From Octopus sinensis (lineage: Eukaryota), in contig NW_021836735.1 of assembly GCF_006345805.1 (NCBI RefSeq), forward strand, positions 1-23,950: 23,950 nucleotides of DNA, written 5' to 3'. Numbering within the stretch: the stretch's first letter is position 1; every line of letters begins with the position of its first letter. Below are positions 12,407 to 22,645 of the stretch, piece after piece. Made by a program: the position numbers and the translations under genes. The notes beneath the pieces are model-generated. The model searched no databases. It had not been told where the DNA came from and was given only the letters and a program-made list of their open reading frames with translations.

Positions 12407-12430
12407 TTCATTTATTCATTTATTTATTTA
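12357..12430. repeat. (TATT)n microsatellite
   Basis: Directly visible. Confidence 0.9.
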
Positions 12431-12516
12431 TTGCCAGTCATTCATAACTTTGTTGGAAACAAGAGAATGGTACTTCTCTTTCCGTTTCAAGAACTGGAAT
12501 GCGCACCCCAACTCCA

Positions 12517-12655
12517 AAGGCGACCAACCGGCAGAATCATTAGCAAGTGGAACAAATTGCTTTGCGGCATTTCTTCCGTTCTGAGTTCAAATTTCGCTGA
12601 GATCAACCTTGCCTTTTATCCTTTCGGAATCTTTAAAATATAATAACCAGTCAAT
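12517..12655 (+). mobile_element. Diverged tRNA-derived SINE (OR-like) 5' part
   Basis: AGGCGACCAACCGGCAGAATCATTAGCA…TTCTGAGTTCAAATTTCGCTGAGATCAACCTTGCCTTTTATCCTTTCGG; B-box GAGTTCAAAT. Confidence 0.7.
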
Positions 12656-12874
12656 TACATAGCACTGCTAGCACAGGTAGGACACAGTATTGACTAATAA
12701 ACCTTTAATAAACTTGGTTGTATATTATGGTTGCAAAACGAAATACGGTGTCCTTACCAGTAATTAATATACTCACACCAGTTGCCAGGAATTTGCGTAT
12801 TTAATTGTATTACACCGCTAAATTTCGTGGTTATTTAAGCAATATATTCGTGGATGGTTAAATAGTTGGATGTG

Positions 12875-12913
12875 GTGCTGAAGAAGGAGCAAAAACTTCT
12901 GAAATATGTATAT
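12875..12913 (+). ncRNA. Near-intact minimal type I hammerhead ribozyme motif
   Basis: CTGAAGA (12878-84), stem II AGGAG/CTTCT (12885-89/12896-900, one G-U), GAAA (12901-04), near-palindromic helix III ATATGT, GUA triplet ending at 12910, and a weak 3-bp helix I GTG/TAT. Confidence 0.55.
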
Positions 12914-13371
12914 ACACCCATTACCTCGTTTTCTGTCTTCGATTGCATTGTTTACATAGACGTATTCGTATACGAAACGCCGTAACAGACCAGTGCTGGT
13001 TCTAATTTCTATAGAAAATCTATAGAGGTTACTTTAAAAAGTGAAAACCAGTTAAATACTGCTATCAATGTAACCGACTTGTCCCCTCACCTCAAAATTG
13101 TTGGCCTTCAGCCCCGCGACGCACTAGTGTCCCATTCAAGAGTATGGAGGGATCTAGGTTTTTCATACGTCATTGAAACCGGGAGCAGGTTTTATGAATC
13201 CTAGGGATCAAGAATAAATTACCCCTTTTCTTGCTCATGTTAACTGCCGAGTATTGTTGAACTTGAAATTGTCGAAGAGAAACTTTTACTGCATCGTCCC
13301 CGACCCTATCACATCTCCCAGTTATTCCCACCAAGTCTTCCGTCACAAACCCTTCCTCCAAAGTAGTTCAC

Positions 13372-13527
13372 AAGTGGCGGTGTGGTAAGTAGCTTGCTTA
13401 CCAACGACATCGTTCCGGGTTCAGTCTCACTGCGTGGCACCTTGGGCAAGTGTCTTCTACTATAGCCTCGGGCCGACCAAAGCCTTGTCAGTGGATTTGG
13501 TAGACAGAAACTGAAAGAAGCCTGTCG

Positions 13528-13530
<3 letters not shown>
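13372..13530 (+). mobile_element. tRNA-derived SINE (OK-like), 5' half only
   Basis: GTGGCGGTGTGGTAAG (A-box-like), GGTTCAGTC (13418-13426, B-box-like) and GGCACCTTGGGCAAGTGTCTTCTACTATAGCCTCGGGCCGACC; ends in (TA)n. Confidence 0.85.
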
Positions 13531-13593
<63 letters not shown>

Positions 13594-13594
<1 letters not shown>

Positions 13595-14030
13595 TAGCAG
13601 CATAGCCCGGCGTTGCCCGGGTATGTAAGAGCCCTAGTAGGCAACGACTAATCCCAATCTAGTCCTTTCCCTCTAGGGAACGAAGGTGCATGTGTAGGTT
13701 GCAATGTCTTCTCTCACTCGAATACTTCTGTGATACGATGTTTCCTAGCTGTCCCTTTGGGCGAAAACATGAAAACATCATTGCGCCTCCCAACGCGTGA
13801 ACAGCCCACGTACAGCCAGAAAATGTGTTGCATATAAAAAGCTTAGATTCTCGACCCCATGTCGAATTTATCGATTTTTTCAGAACTGGGGGAACTTTTC
13901 AAAATTTTCGCTGCGTTAGTTTTGAATTATGACATCGGGCTATGCGTGTGTCAAGTTTCATCAGAATCGGTTGAAAGCCGTGGTCAGGGTGAGGGTACAA
14001 CCTGACAGACACACAGACAGACAAACTGCC

Positions 14031-14035
<5 letters not shown>
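13594..14035 (-). mobile_element. Non-autonomous Helitron (Lep1-like), ~440 bp
   Basis: On the minus strand it ends with a GC hairpin CCCGG-GCAACG-CCGGG (13606-13621), an 8-nt spacer, then CTAG|T (13594-13597), the canonical Helitron 3' end. The other end has a (GACA)n tract and a CAAGTTTCAT…AATCGG motif and is buried in (TA)n; a 5' TC is not resolvable. Confidence 0.75.
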
Positions 14036-14091
<56 letters not shown>

Positions 14092-14094
<3 letters not shown>

Positions 14095-14420
14095 GAGAAA
14101 GTTAGTGTGTGAAAACACGTGGTTGGATATATAGAAAATAGAAAAGAGTGAAAAAACTACAGAAGGCTTGTTTTATAAGGTTAAAGAATATATTTAAGTC
14201 GTTATGTTAGAAAAATGTTATAAAATTTTGCGTATAGTAACATAGTTTTGGGAGAAATTACCGGTTTCGTGTTAACTTTTCAAATTTCTCAAATGTCTTT
14301 ACCTACATCGTGTCATGTCTTCGTTATGAAGTGCAAAGAAGAGTTCCAGGCAGGAGGAGGTAATAAGGGATGTCTTCCGGTATAAGGGAGATAATCGCTT
14401 TATATTTCTTTTCCCCTTTT
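14092..14420 (-). mobile_element. 3' terminal (pLTR-like) region of the Penelope-like element
   Basis: Follows the ORF stop, contains GAAA-CCGGT (palindromic helix III-like; 14260-14268) without a visible CUGANGA core, and ends at (TA)n. Confidence 0.5.
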
Positions 14421-15520
14421 TTAATGAGCTGAGTTTCTCTGTATAAGAATGTTAGGATGGTTAAGTTCAGGCTTATATTTTTCAATGAAGAATGTTTCCT
14501 TGTTTAATCTAATTTGTGTTGGTGTTCCAATAGCACATTGATAGAATGGAAAGATTAAAAATTGTGGGAGTAGTTGCTTTGCGCATTTCTCAATATGCTC
14601 ACTAAAGGGTATCATTCTGTATTCTGGGAATGCAATCTGTTGTCGATGCAGAGTGCATCTGCGTCTGAGTGATAATCCCGTGGACCCTACGTAGTTTTGG
14701 TGGCAGCCCGAGCATCTTATGACATAAATTATGTTTTCAGAAGCACAAGAAAAATTAGATCTGATCTTGAATTTTTGTCCCTCTTTGAAAAGGAATTCTG
14801 ATCCATCTAGAAGGTTTGGGCATGTTGTGCAGTTTGGTCTACCACATTTTTTTTTTCTTTTGCAACCGTAATTTCAGAAAACAATTTTGCCTTTGTGAGA
14901 ATCTTTTTAAGTGATTTAGGTTGTTTGTAGCTTTTAATGAGTTTATGTATGTTTAGAATTTCCTTTACTTTGGGGTCCTTATGAAGCATTGGTAAATTCT
15001 GGGTGATGATGGTGAAGGCTTCTTTGTTTCTGGGGTTGTATGTGGATATGTAAGGCAGTATTTTCGGGGAAGGTTGAACTTTTCTCAAAGTTTCTATGTC
15101 GATTTCTGTTGCACGTCTGATCCCATCCTCTATGAGTTGAACTGGGTAGTGTCTGTCAATTAGGGTGTTTTTGAGTTCTTGTAGTCTAAAGTTCCTGGTA
15201 TTTTGTTCTGACACTATTGTGCATATCCTTCTTGCAAGGTTGAAAGGGATGTTTGTTTTAGTGTGTCTTGGGTGGCATGAATCAAAAAGTAGGTATTGTT
15301 TGGCGTCTGTGGCTTCGTAAAAAATGTCTGTTTCTATTTTTAGGTTATTTTTTTTAATCAGTATATCTAAGAATGGGAGCTCCTTTTGGTTGTACTCCAT
15401 TGTGAACTGTATATTTGGGTTGATGCTGTTCAATGGGTTTTTGAATTTTAGGAGATTATCTGTGTTTTCATTCCAGAGTATAAAACAATCGTCCAGGAAT
15501 CTTTTCCAATTCTCTTTAAA
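14421..15520 (-). pseudogene. 5'-truncated Penelope-like retroelement: reverse transcriptase C-terminal half + GIY-YIG endonuclease, one frameshift
   Basis: RT frame: WKRFLDDCF (15488-15499 FLDD), IQFTME…LPFLD, YL.FDSCHP. After an A10 run the -1 frame 14846-14421 is open: CGRPNCTTC…NIIYVIRCSGCHQNYVGST…RR…H…E…FIEKYKPELN. RT plus GIY-YIG with this Cys linker is diagnostic of PLEs. Confidence 0.92.
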
Positions 15521-15619
15521 AAATTTAAAGCCATTTAAAAAACACGCAAAGATCGTTAGATTCACTTCAACATTTAAATTTAATTTGTCAAAATATTTTC
15601 GTCGCTTTTAAACTGTAAC

Positions 15620-15935
15620 CTGTTCCCTGACAAAATTCGCTTTTTTTTTGGCTGTTTGTTTTTTTGTCTTTGTTGCCGCGCACATTCGCTAGCTTTTTTT
15701 TTTACAAAGGGGCCTAATGCTCTTATCTTAGACTTTTTAGGGGGCAACCACATCGAACCATCTCAAGTGTAACTGCCCGAAATGGTCGTGACTTCTGGAA
15801 CTTGACTGAGGAAAGAAAGCCAGGAGTGTCCCGTCTTTGTTTTTTGCTTGTCCTTCTAATTGTTGTTTCTCTTGTCCGCATTTGTATCGTCCATCTATCC
15901 GAATGTTCAAATGTCCTCTATTGCGTTTCTGTTCC

Positions 15936-15940
<5 letters not shown>
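15620..15940 (+). mobile_element. pLTR-like repeat with partial hammerhead motif
   Basis: GGGC…GCCC-GAAA-TGGTC (15742-15787) gives stem II, GAAA and a GUC triplet, but the CUGANGA core is unrecognisable. Ends at (TA)n. Confidence 0.4.
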
Positions 15941-15995
<55 letters not shown>

Positions 15996-16689
15996 CTATA
16001 TATAGATATATATAATATGATAATGCAGGAGTCTTCATGTTTTGTGATCGGAAGCAGCAGTATTCGGACAAGCTTGTACCACGCTACCGTTCACCATCCG
16101 GCAACCATTGAAGCCCAAAACATGGCACTTCCGGTATTTATTAAAGATATTTCACTCTAGCTAAATTGAGTTCTTTTTGACTGATCCGCTCATTAAGCAA
16201 GCAGTACACCACATGTGTGAGTGTGTGTGTGTGTGTGTATGTGCGTGTGTATATATGTGTGTGGATATATATCTGTGAGTTTGTCTAAGTATGTACATAT
16301 ATATGTATATATATATGTGTGTGTGTTCATATGCGTAAGAATGTGTGTAAATACGTTTGTATATATATATATATATATATATAAGTAGATAAATGGTACA
16401 ACAAGGCATCAATATATATATACATATGTATATATACACACGTATATATACACGCGCGCACACACAATTAATAACAAAAACAACATCAACAATAATAATA
16501 ATTATCAGAGTCCATATATTTCAACATTTTTTCTAAGTTATTATTGTTATCACGATCTTGTGATTGTTGTCAATTATTTTTGTAATCAATTAATATTTAA
16601 TATTAATGCTGTTATTGTTATTGTCGTTCGAGTCTTTATTATTATTATTCATATCTATAATATGGCTGTTATTGTTATTATGATTACTA

Positions 16690-17307
16690 TCGTGAAGTTT
16701 ATCAGCGTCATCACCATCATTTTCGTCGGCGTCATCGTCATCAACACTACTATCATCATCATCCTCATCATCATCATCATCATCATCATCACCATCCGTC
16801 ATCATCATTATCGTTCTCCTCATTCTCCTCATCCCTCTCCTCCCCCTCCTCCTCCTCCTCATCATCATCATCATTATCATCTTTATTATTATTTTGATCA
16901 CCATCATCAGCAGCAGCAACAGCAGTAGTAACAGCATCGTATTCATGACCACCACCACCACCACCACCACCATCATCATCGTCATCATCACCACAACCAC
17001 CATCATCATCATCTCATCATTATTTTCCTCGTCATCGCCATTCTTACTATTATTATCATCATCATCGTCGTCGTCATCACCACCACCACCACGACCGTCA
17101 TCATCACCACCACCATCATCATCATCATCATCATCGTCTCATCAATATTGTCTTCGTCGTCATCATTCTTCTTTTTCTTTTTCTTCTTCTTCTTCTTCCT
17201 TTTTTTTCCTATATTTCTTTTTCTTCTTCTTCATTTTCTTCTTCTTCCTCTCCTTCTTCTACTTCTTTTTCTTCTTTTTTCTTCTACTTCTTTTTCTTCT
17301 TCTTCCT

Positions 17308-17365
<58 letters not shown>

Positions 17366-17366
17366 C

Positions 17367-17422
<56 letters not shown>

Positions 17423-18170
17423 ATGTCATCACCACCATCGCCATCATCATCATCTGATCATTGTTGTCCTCGTCATCGACATTATTAATATCATTATTAC
17501 TGTTATCATCATCATCACCATCATCATCATCGTCATCGTTGTTTCCCTTACTTTATCACACATAAACATAAATAATATTGTAGTTGATGATATAATTATT
17601 ATGATTATTTTTCTTGCTAATGATGATGTCGCTTATATCCTTATTTCATTTTTTTTTTTATAATCATTAATAAAAATACTTTTGCTATTCTCATTATTTT
17701 TGTTGTTATTTACTTAATTTTCTTTTGCGTTTTATTTTCAACCAATATTAATATTATTGTTGTTGTTTTTGTTGTGATACATACATCATACATACATACA
17801 TACATACATACATACATACAATACTATATAATAATATATCTATATATATAATATATATAGATATATATTATATACACACATATATATATACATATATATA
17901 TATATTATAACCTCTATATATTCAATGTATATTATTGTTGATGTTGTAGTTGTTGTTGTCGCAATTGCTATTATTATTTTTATTTTATTCATATTTATTA
18001 TGAATTATGTGATGTTTGTTGTTGTTTTTTGGTTATGATATTCTTGTTATATAGCATTTTAATATGATGAATAAACACGTTGTCGCCATCATCATCCTCA
18101 TTCTCATCTTCATCATTGTCTTCCTCCCCTTCATAATTATTATCAATATTATTATTATTATTATTACTAC

Positions 18171-18240
<70 letters not shown>

Positions 18241-18312
18241 GTTATTATTTTTATTACTATGACTTTTACTATTCTTATGGTTATTATCATTGTTATTGTT
18301 ATTCCCACTTCA

Positions 18313-18346
<34 letters not shown>

Positions 18347-18470
18347 TACTACTACTACTACTACTACTACTACTATTATTATTATTGCTAATATTATTGC
18401 TAATGCTCCCGTTGTTGTTGTGAGATGATTGTTGATGTTGTTATCGCTGCCGCTACCGTTGTTAGTCTCA
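16690..18470. repeat. Compound trinucleotide repeat field (CAT, CCT, CAC, TCT, TAT, TAC, GTT) with embedded (TACA)/(TA) tracts
   Basis: Directly visible; source of the poly-H/S/I/M/D ORFs. Confidence 0.9.
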
Positions 18471-19546
18471 TCATTTGTGTTGTTGTTGCTGGTGGTGGTG
18501 GTGGTGTTTCTGCTGTTGTTGTTATAGTTGTCGCCGTCAACAAAAACAACGTGTTGTTTTTCCTGTCGTAGTTGTTGTTGTTGTTGTTCCAAATGCAATT
18601 ATGTTTGCGTAAATAAAACAAAATTAGAGAAAATACATAAGCGAAAGAGAAAAAAAAAATGCTTTATTTGACAGATTAGATTAGAGTTGAACCAGCGTTG
18701 CTAGTATTGGCCGTTATCCAAAACCACAGATATTGCGCTTGATGTTGTTGCTACTGTTGTTGTTGTTGTTTCTGCTCTTCTATATGAGAAAAAGAATAAT
18801 GAGTCCTCCAGTGCCAGGACCTGCCTCGTTTTCCCTCTTTCTCTTACCGTGTGGCTCTTAACGCGAGTATGTATATAAATATATATATATATATGTGCAT
18901 GTATATATATGTGTGTATTTTTGTGTGTGTATGCATGTATGTATATATATATATATATATATGTATATATACGCATATATATTTAGAATATATTTAGAGA
19001 GAGTTGTATATATATATATATATATATACGCATATATATTTAGAATATATTTTAGAGCGAGAGGTGCTGTATGTATAGATATATATATATATCTATATAT
19101 ATATATAATATATATATATATAATATATATATATTCATGTGTCTGTACATATATGTACATGTATATCTGTATATATCTATATACACACCACACATACATG
19201 TATTAATCCATCCTTTTAGATCTCAAATTCTTATGTCCTTCCAGCATTTATGAAAGAAAATTATTTAATCATGTTTCTGTGTGTATATATAGGTATGTAT
19301 GGTTGACCGCATGTATGGTGTATGTATGCTTGTTTATGTTTATGTACGAGCTTATATTTACATTTGTGTTAAATTCCTTCATCTGTACGGCGTACGTTGT
19401 CCATACCGCTATACGTATACATACATGCATTAGTATTTGTGCAATATTTATAAGTTCAGCAAAATTTAGATTCAAAGGAATATGGTTCTTAAGTCAGATG
19501 CACCAGAATTTTGCATGGTATTATCCATATAAATCCACGGGTTGAT

Positions 19547-19696
19547 TATAATCAAAATAAGCAACAAGAATAAATGGCTGAAGATTGCTCAACATTTTAA
19601 AGCTGATGTGATACTTACAATGTTTAATAAAATGATTCAGCATGAAACGATCGTACCAAATTACCGAAGATATACTTGTTGCTTATTTTGATTATA
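19547..19696. mobile_element. 150-bp MITE with perfect 22-bp inverted termini (Tc1/mariner-type, TA ends)
   Basis: TATAATCAAAATAAGCAACAAG (19547-19568) / CTTGTTGCTTATTTTGATTATA (19675-19696), 22/22 including the terminal TA. Confidence 0.75.
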
Positions 19697-19733
19697 TATA
19701 TATATATATAATATAAGGAGTGACAGAGAGAGA

Positions 19734-19957
19734 GAGGAGAAATGGAAAGAAAGGAAGAGACGTAAACAAGAGACTATGGCACTACAACCAGCCAGGAACA
19801 GTCTTCGCTACATTTGCGGTACCTGCCAGAGGGAGTGTTTGTCCAGGATAGGACTACACAGCCATAGCAGGAATTATCAGGACATGAAATATAAAAGCCG
19901 ACTAGACTACTTCATCGCGCAACTCCATTGTCTCCCGAGACAGAAAGGATGCCAATA
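19734..19957 (+). mobile_element. 3' terminal fragment of an RTE-clade LINE
   Basis: EEKWKERKRRKQETMALQP…YICGTCQRECLSRIGLHSHSR resembles the RTE C-terminal CxxC…CxSRIGLxSH zinc finger. It is followed by the RTE-like 3' motif CCATTGTCTCCCGAGACAGAAAGGATGCCAA and a (TA) tail. Confidence 0.75.
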
Positions 19958-20775
19958 CATATATTATATATATATATATATATAGATATTATATATATAA
20001 TATATCTATATAATATATATATATACATAGAATATATACATACAATACATACTACATACATACACGTATGAATTTATAGAGAAAAAGTGTCTATGGGAGG
20101 GATTTTCTAATAGATTGTGATAAATTGATGGTAGAGAGTATTACATAAAGATAGCACATTTGGTGTTCACAGTTATGTCCCTTGTTTTCTTAAATTCCTA
20201 ATTAAATTTAATGATTTTTTCTTTTGCATCTCACCACGCTTGTCATTTTAATTGAATACTTTTTCTTGTTGGAGTTTGTGACTTGCTATATAAGTTATCA
20301 GTGTCCAGGCGTAATTGTCTGTTTTTCTATCATAAGGCCTACTTGAGAAATTTACTCCCATGATTATTTTGGTGTGCCAAATCTGCGAACGCTTCCTAAC
20401 TGAAAATTTTCGCAATTCAAGCTGGTACCGTAGAATCAAAGCCGGCCCCCAACAGTCCGATATGATGTTACAGCATGACTATAATCCAATGACTGAAAGC
20501 GTGCGAAAGAATAGAAAAATTACAAAATTAGAATATTTTTCTTAATCGTTTTGATTCTAAAAAAAACAGTGTAACTAACAATCGTTGAAGAAGTCTTACA
20601 CTATCGAGACATTTCCAGAGTTAATTACATTATTTACATTATTTATATTTCATGGATATTTGTCCTCATCTTGTTTGTTGTTAACACAACGCTTCAGTTG
20701 ATATACTCTCCAGCCTTCATTAGGTGTCTTGAGGAAATTTCGAACCTGGATTCTCAATCTTAAGTTATTTCTCGA

Positions 20776-20834
20776 TGTTGTTGTTATTATTATTATTATT
20801 ATTATTATTTTTATTATTTTCATTATTATTGTTG

Positions 20835-20932
<98 letters not shown>

Positions 20933-20963
20933 ATTGTTATTGTTATTGCTATTATTATTATTA
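20776..20963. repeat. (TAT)n/(TGT)n microsatellite inside the composite element
   Basis: Directly visible. Confidence 0.95.
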
Positions 20964-20964
20964 C

Positions 20965-21045
20965 TCAGGTCACTGCCTGGAATCGGACTCGAAATCTTGG
21001 GGTTAGTAGCCCACGCTCTTAACCACTATGCCATATGCCCGTGGG
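20965..21045 (-). promoter_or_regulatory. tRNA-derived Pol III internal promoter (SINE head)
   Basis: TGGCATAGTGG (A box) … GGG-CTACTAA-CCC (anticodon-like arm) … GAGTCCGATTCC (B box with one mismatch). Confidence 0.7.
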
Positions 21046-21882
21046 CATATACCCTAATAATGACATCGAAAATTACCTTAGGAATGAGAACCCATGTTGT
21101 AAATTTCAACAAGACACTTGATGAAGGCTGGAGGGTAACAACAAACAAGATGAGGACAAATATCCGTCAAATGTAAATAGTGTAAATAATGTACATAATT
21201 CCTCATCTCTTGAATATAGAACTGTATCCCCAGAGTTGTCTCAATACTATTAAGTATCAGATTCACTCTTCCCTCCAGTACACGCTTTCATTCATTTTCA
21301 TTCATTTCGACTTCGGAGTTGTGTCCTTTGCCTTGTCTAAGAAATTTTCATTAGCGTTAACGAATTTTTTTTTCTATTCACTACGGGTACAATTACAATT
21401 TGCTAAAAGCTTGTTTTTGTTTACTACATGAAGCGTATTAATCACCCCTATATTGTATGAATGCGTATATATACAGACACACAAACATACACACACACAA
21501 ATACTCACAAACGCAGACATACACGCATACACATACATATCAATAGAACAGATAAGAGAAGTGACGTGATAGAATAAATGCTTATTCCATTAGTTTACAA
21601 CTGTTTCATAATCGAATTAGTTATATAATAGACATTACATCACCATTCACTCTTATATAAAATATACATATAAATATATTAGTAGAACCATATATAAACG
21701 TGCTGTCATTAAACTCATAGACGAATCTTCAGAACGCTTAACGGTGGTTCAGAACATCAACTCTACAACGGATTGCAAGCTCTCTCAAGATATATCGCAG
21801 ACAATAGATATATAATAGATTCAGCATGTTACGAAATACAGTTTGTGTTCAAGAAGCAATGGCCGTAGATCAATTCAAATTG

Positions 21883-21902
21883 ATAGATAGATAGAAAGAT
21901 AG

Positions 21903-21933
<31 letters not shown>

Positions 21934-21967
21934 GACAGACAGACAGACATACATATAATAGTAGATA

Positions 21968-22024
<57 letters not shown>

Positions 22025-22317
22025 AGATAGATGATAGATAGATCGATAGTATAGATAGATATATGTTTCTTTCTTTATTAGCCACAGGGCTGCACACAGA
22101 CGAGACAGATTACAAAGTAGAGCTTTTCTTTTTGGGAGAGAAAAAAAAAGCGGGGTAGGTTTTCGATCAAAAGGGATCGGAAAAGGGAAAGAAAAAAAAA
22201 CGATCAATAAGGATCGTGTATCACAGAGATGTCATGGTGTAAAGTGTAAAGGGGGAAGCAGATAAGGTTTATCCATGGAAAGAAAAGCCTACGGAAAAGA
22301 CCCCGGTAACCTCGGTC

Positions 22318-22362
<45 letters not shown>

Positions 22363-22521
22363 TTTGCATATATATCTATACATACAGATATGTCTATGTT
22401 TTATAAGTATATTGTATTTGCCTAGTATATTGTGATCGAAGCAATATTTGTACATATTTACAATATAAAAAAATGTCAAGGAGAAAGACAGGAAGAAGGG
22501 CAGATAAATAAATAGATAGAT

Positions 22522-22552
<31 letters not shown>

Positions 22553-22560
22553 AGATAGAT

Positions 22561-22644
<84 letters not shown>

Positions 22645-22645
22645 C
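21883..22645. repeat. Three (GATA)n arrays (~21883-22061, 22318-22362, 22500-22645)
   Basis: Directly visible. Confidence 0.95.
22065..22317 (-). mobile_element. Probable 3' UTR end of a LINE (L1/Tx1-like)
   Basis: Unique 250-bp block with AATAAA on minus (22074-22079) just before the (TATC)n tract. It resembles a recalled octopus LINE 3' end (memory only). Confidence 0.4.

Larger units (their letters stand above)
20626..21192 (-). mobile_element. Composite element: tRNA-like head + microsatellite + hammerhead-bearing tail, with inverted tail copy
   Basis: Arms 20626-20785 and 21055-21192 are inverted (30/30 perfect at 20654-20683 vs 21136-21165). Hammerhead-like CTAATGA-A-GGCTG…CAACT-GAAG-CGTT lies on minus (20688-20723), with TTGATGA-A-GGCTG on plus (21118-21130). 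tRNA-like head at 20965-21045. Confidence 0.75.

Noticed and set aside
16022-16160. Short non-repetitive ORF MQESSCFVIG…
   Set aside because: No recognisable domain and a weak acceptor site.
16560-18621. Poly-H/S/M/D/I ORFs
   Set aside because: Triplet microsatellites open in several frames and on both strands; no domain or splice support.
18660-18800. Possible minus-strand last exon with AATAAA
   Set aside because: Low-complexity content, no identifiable product.
18965-19056. ~34-bp direct repeat with ~58-bp period
   Set aside because: Local slippage within TA-rich sequence.
20440-20530. Possible minus-strand terminal exon (SLDYSHAVTSYRTVGGRL*) after a pyrimidine-rich acceptor
   Set aside because: No upstream exon or homology support; the acceptor could be chance in AT-rich DNA.
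20965-21045. Possible tRNA gene (anticodon ACT)
   Set aside because: Anticodon stem only 3 bp, B box mutated, no convincing acceptor stem; treated as a SINE head.
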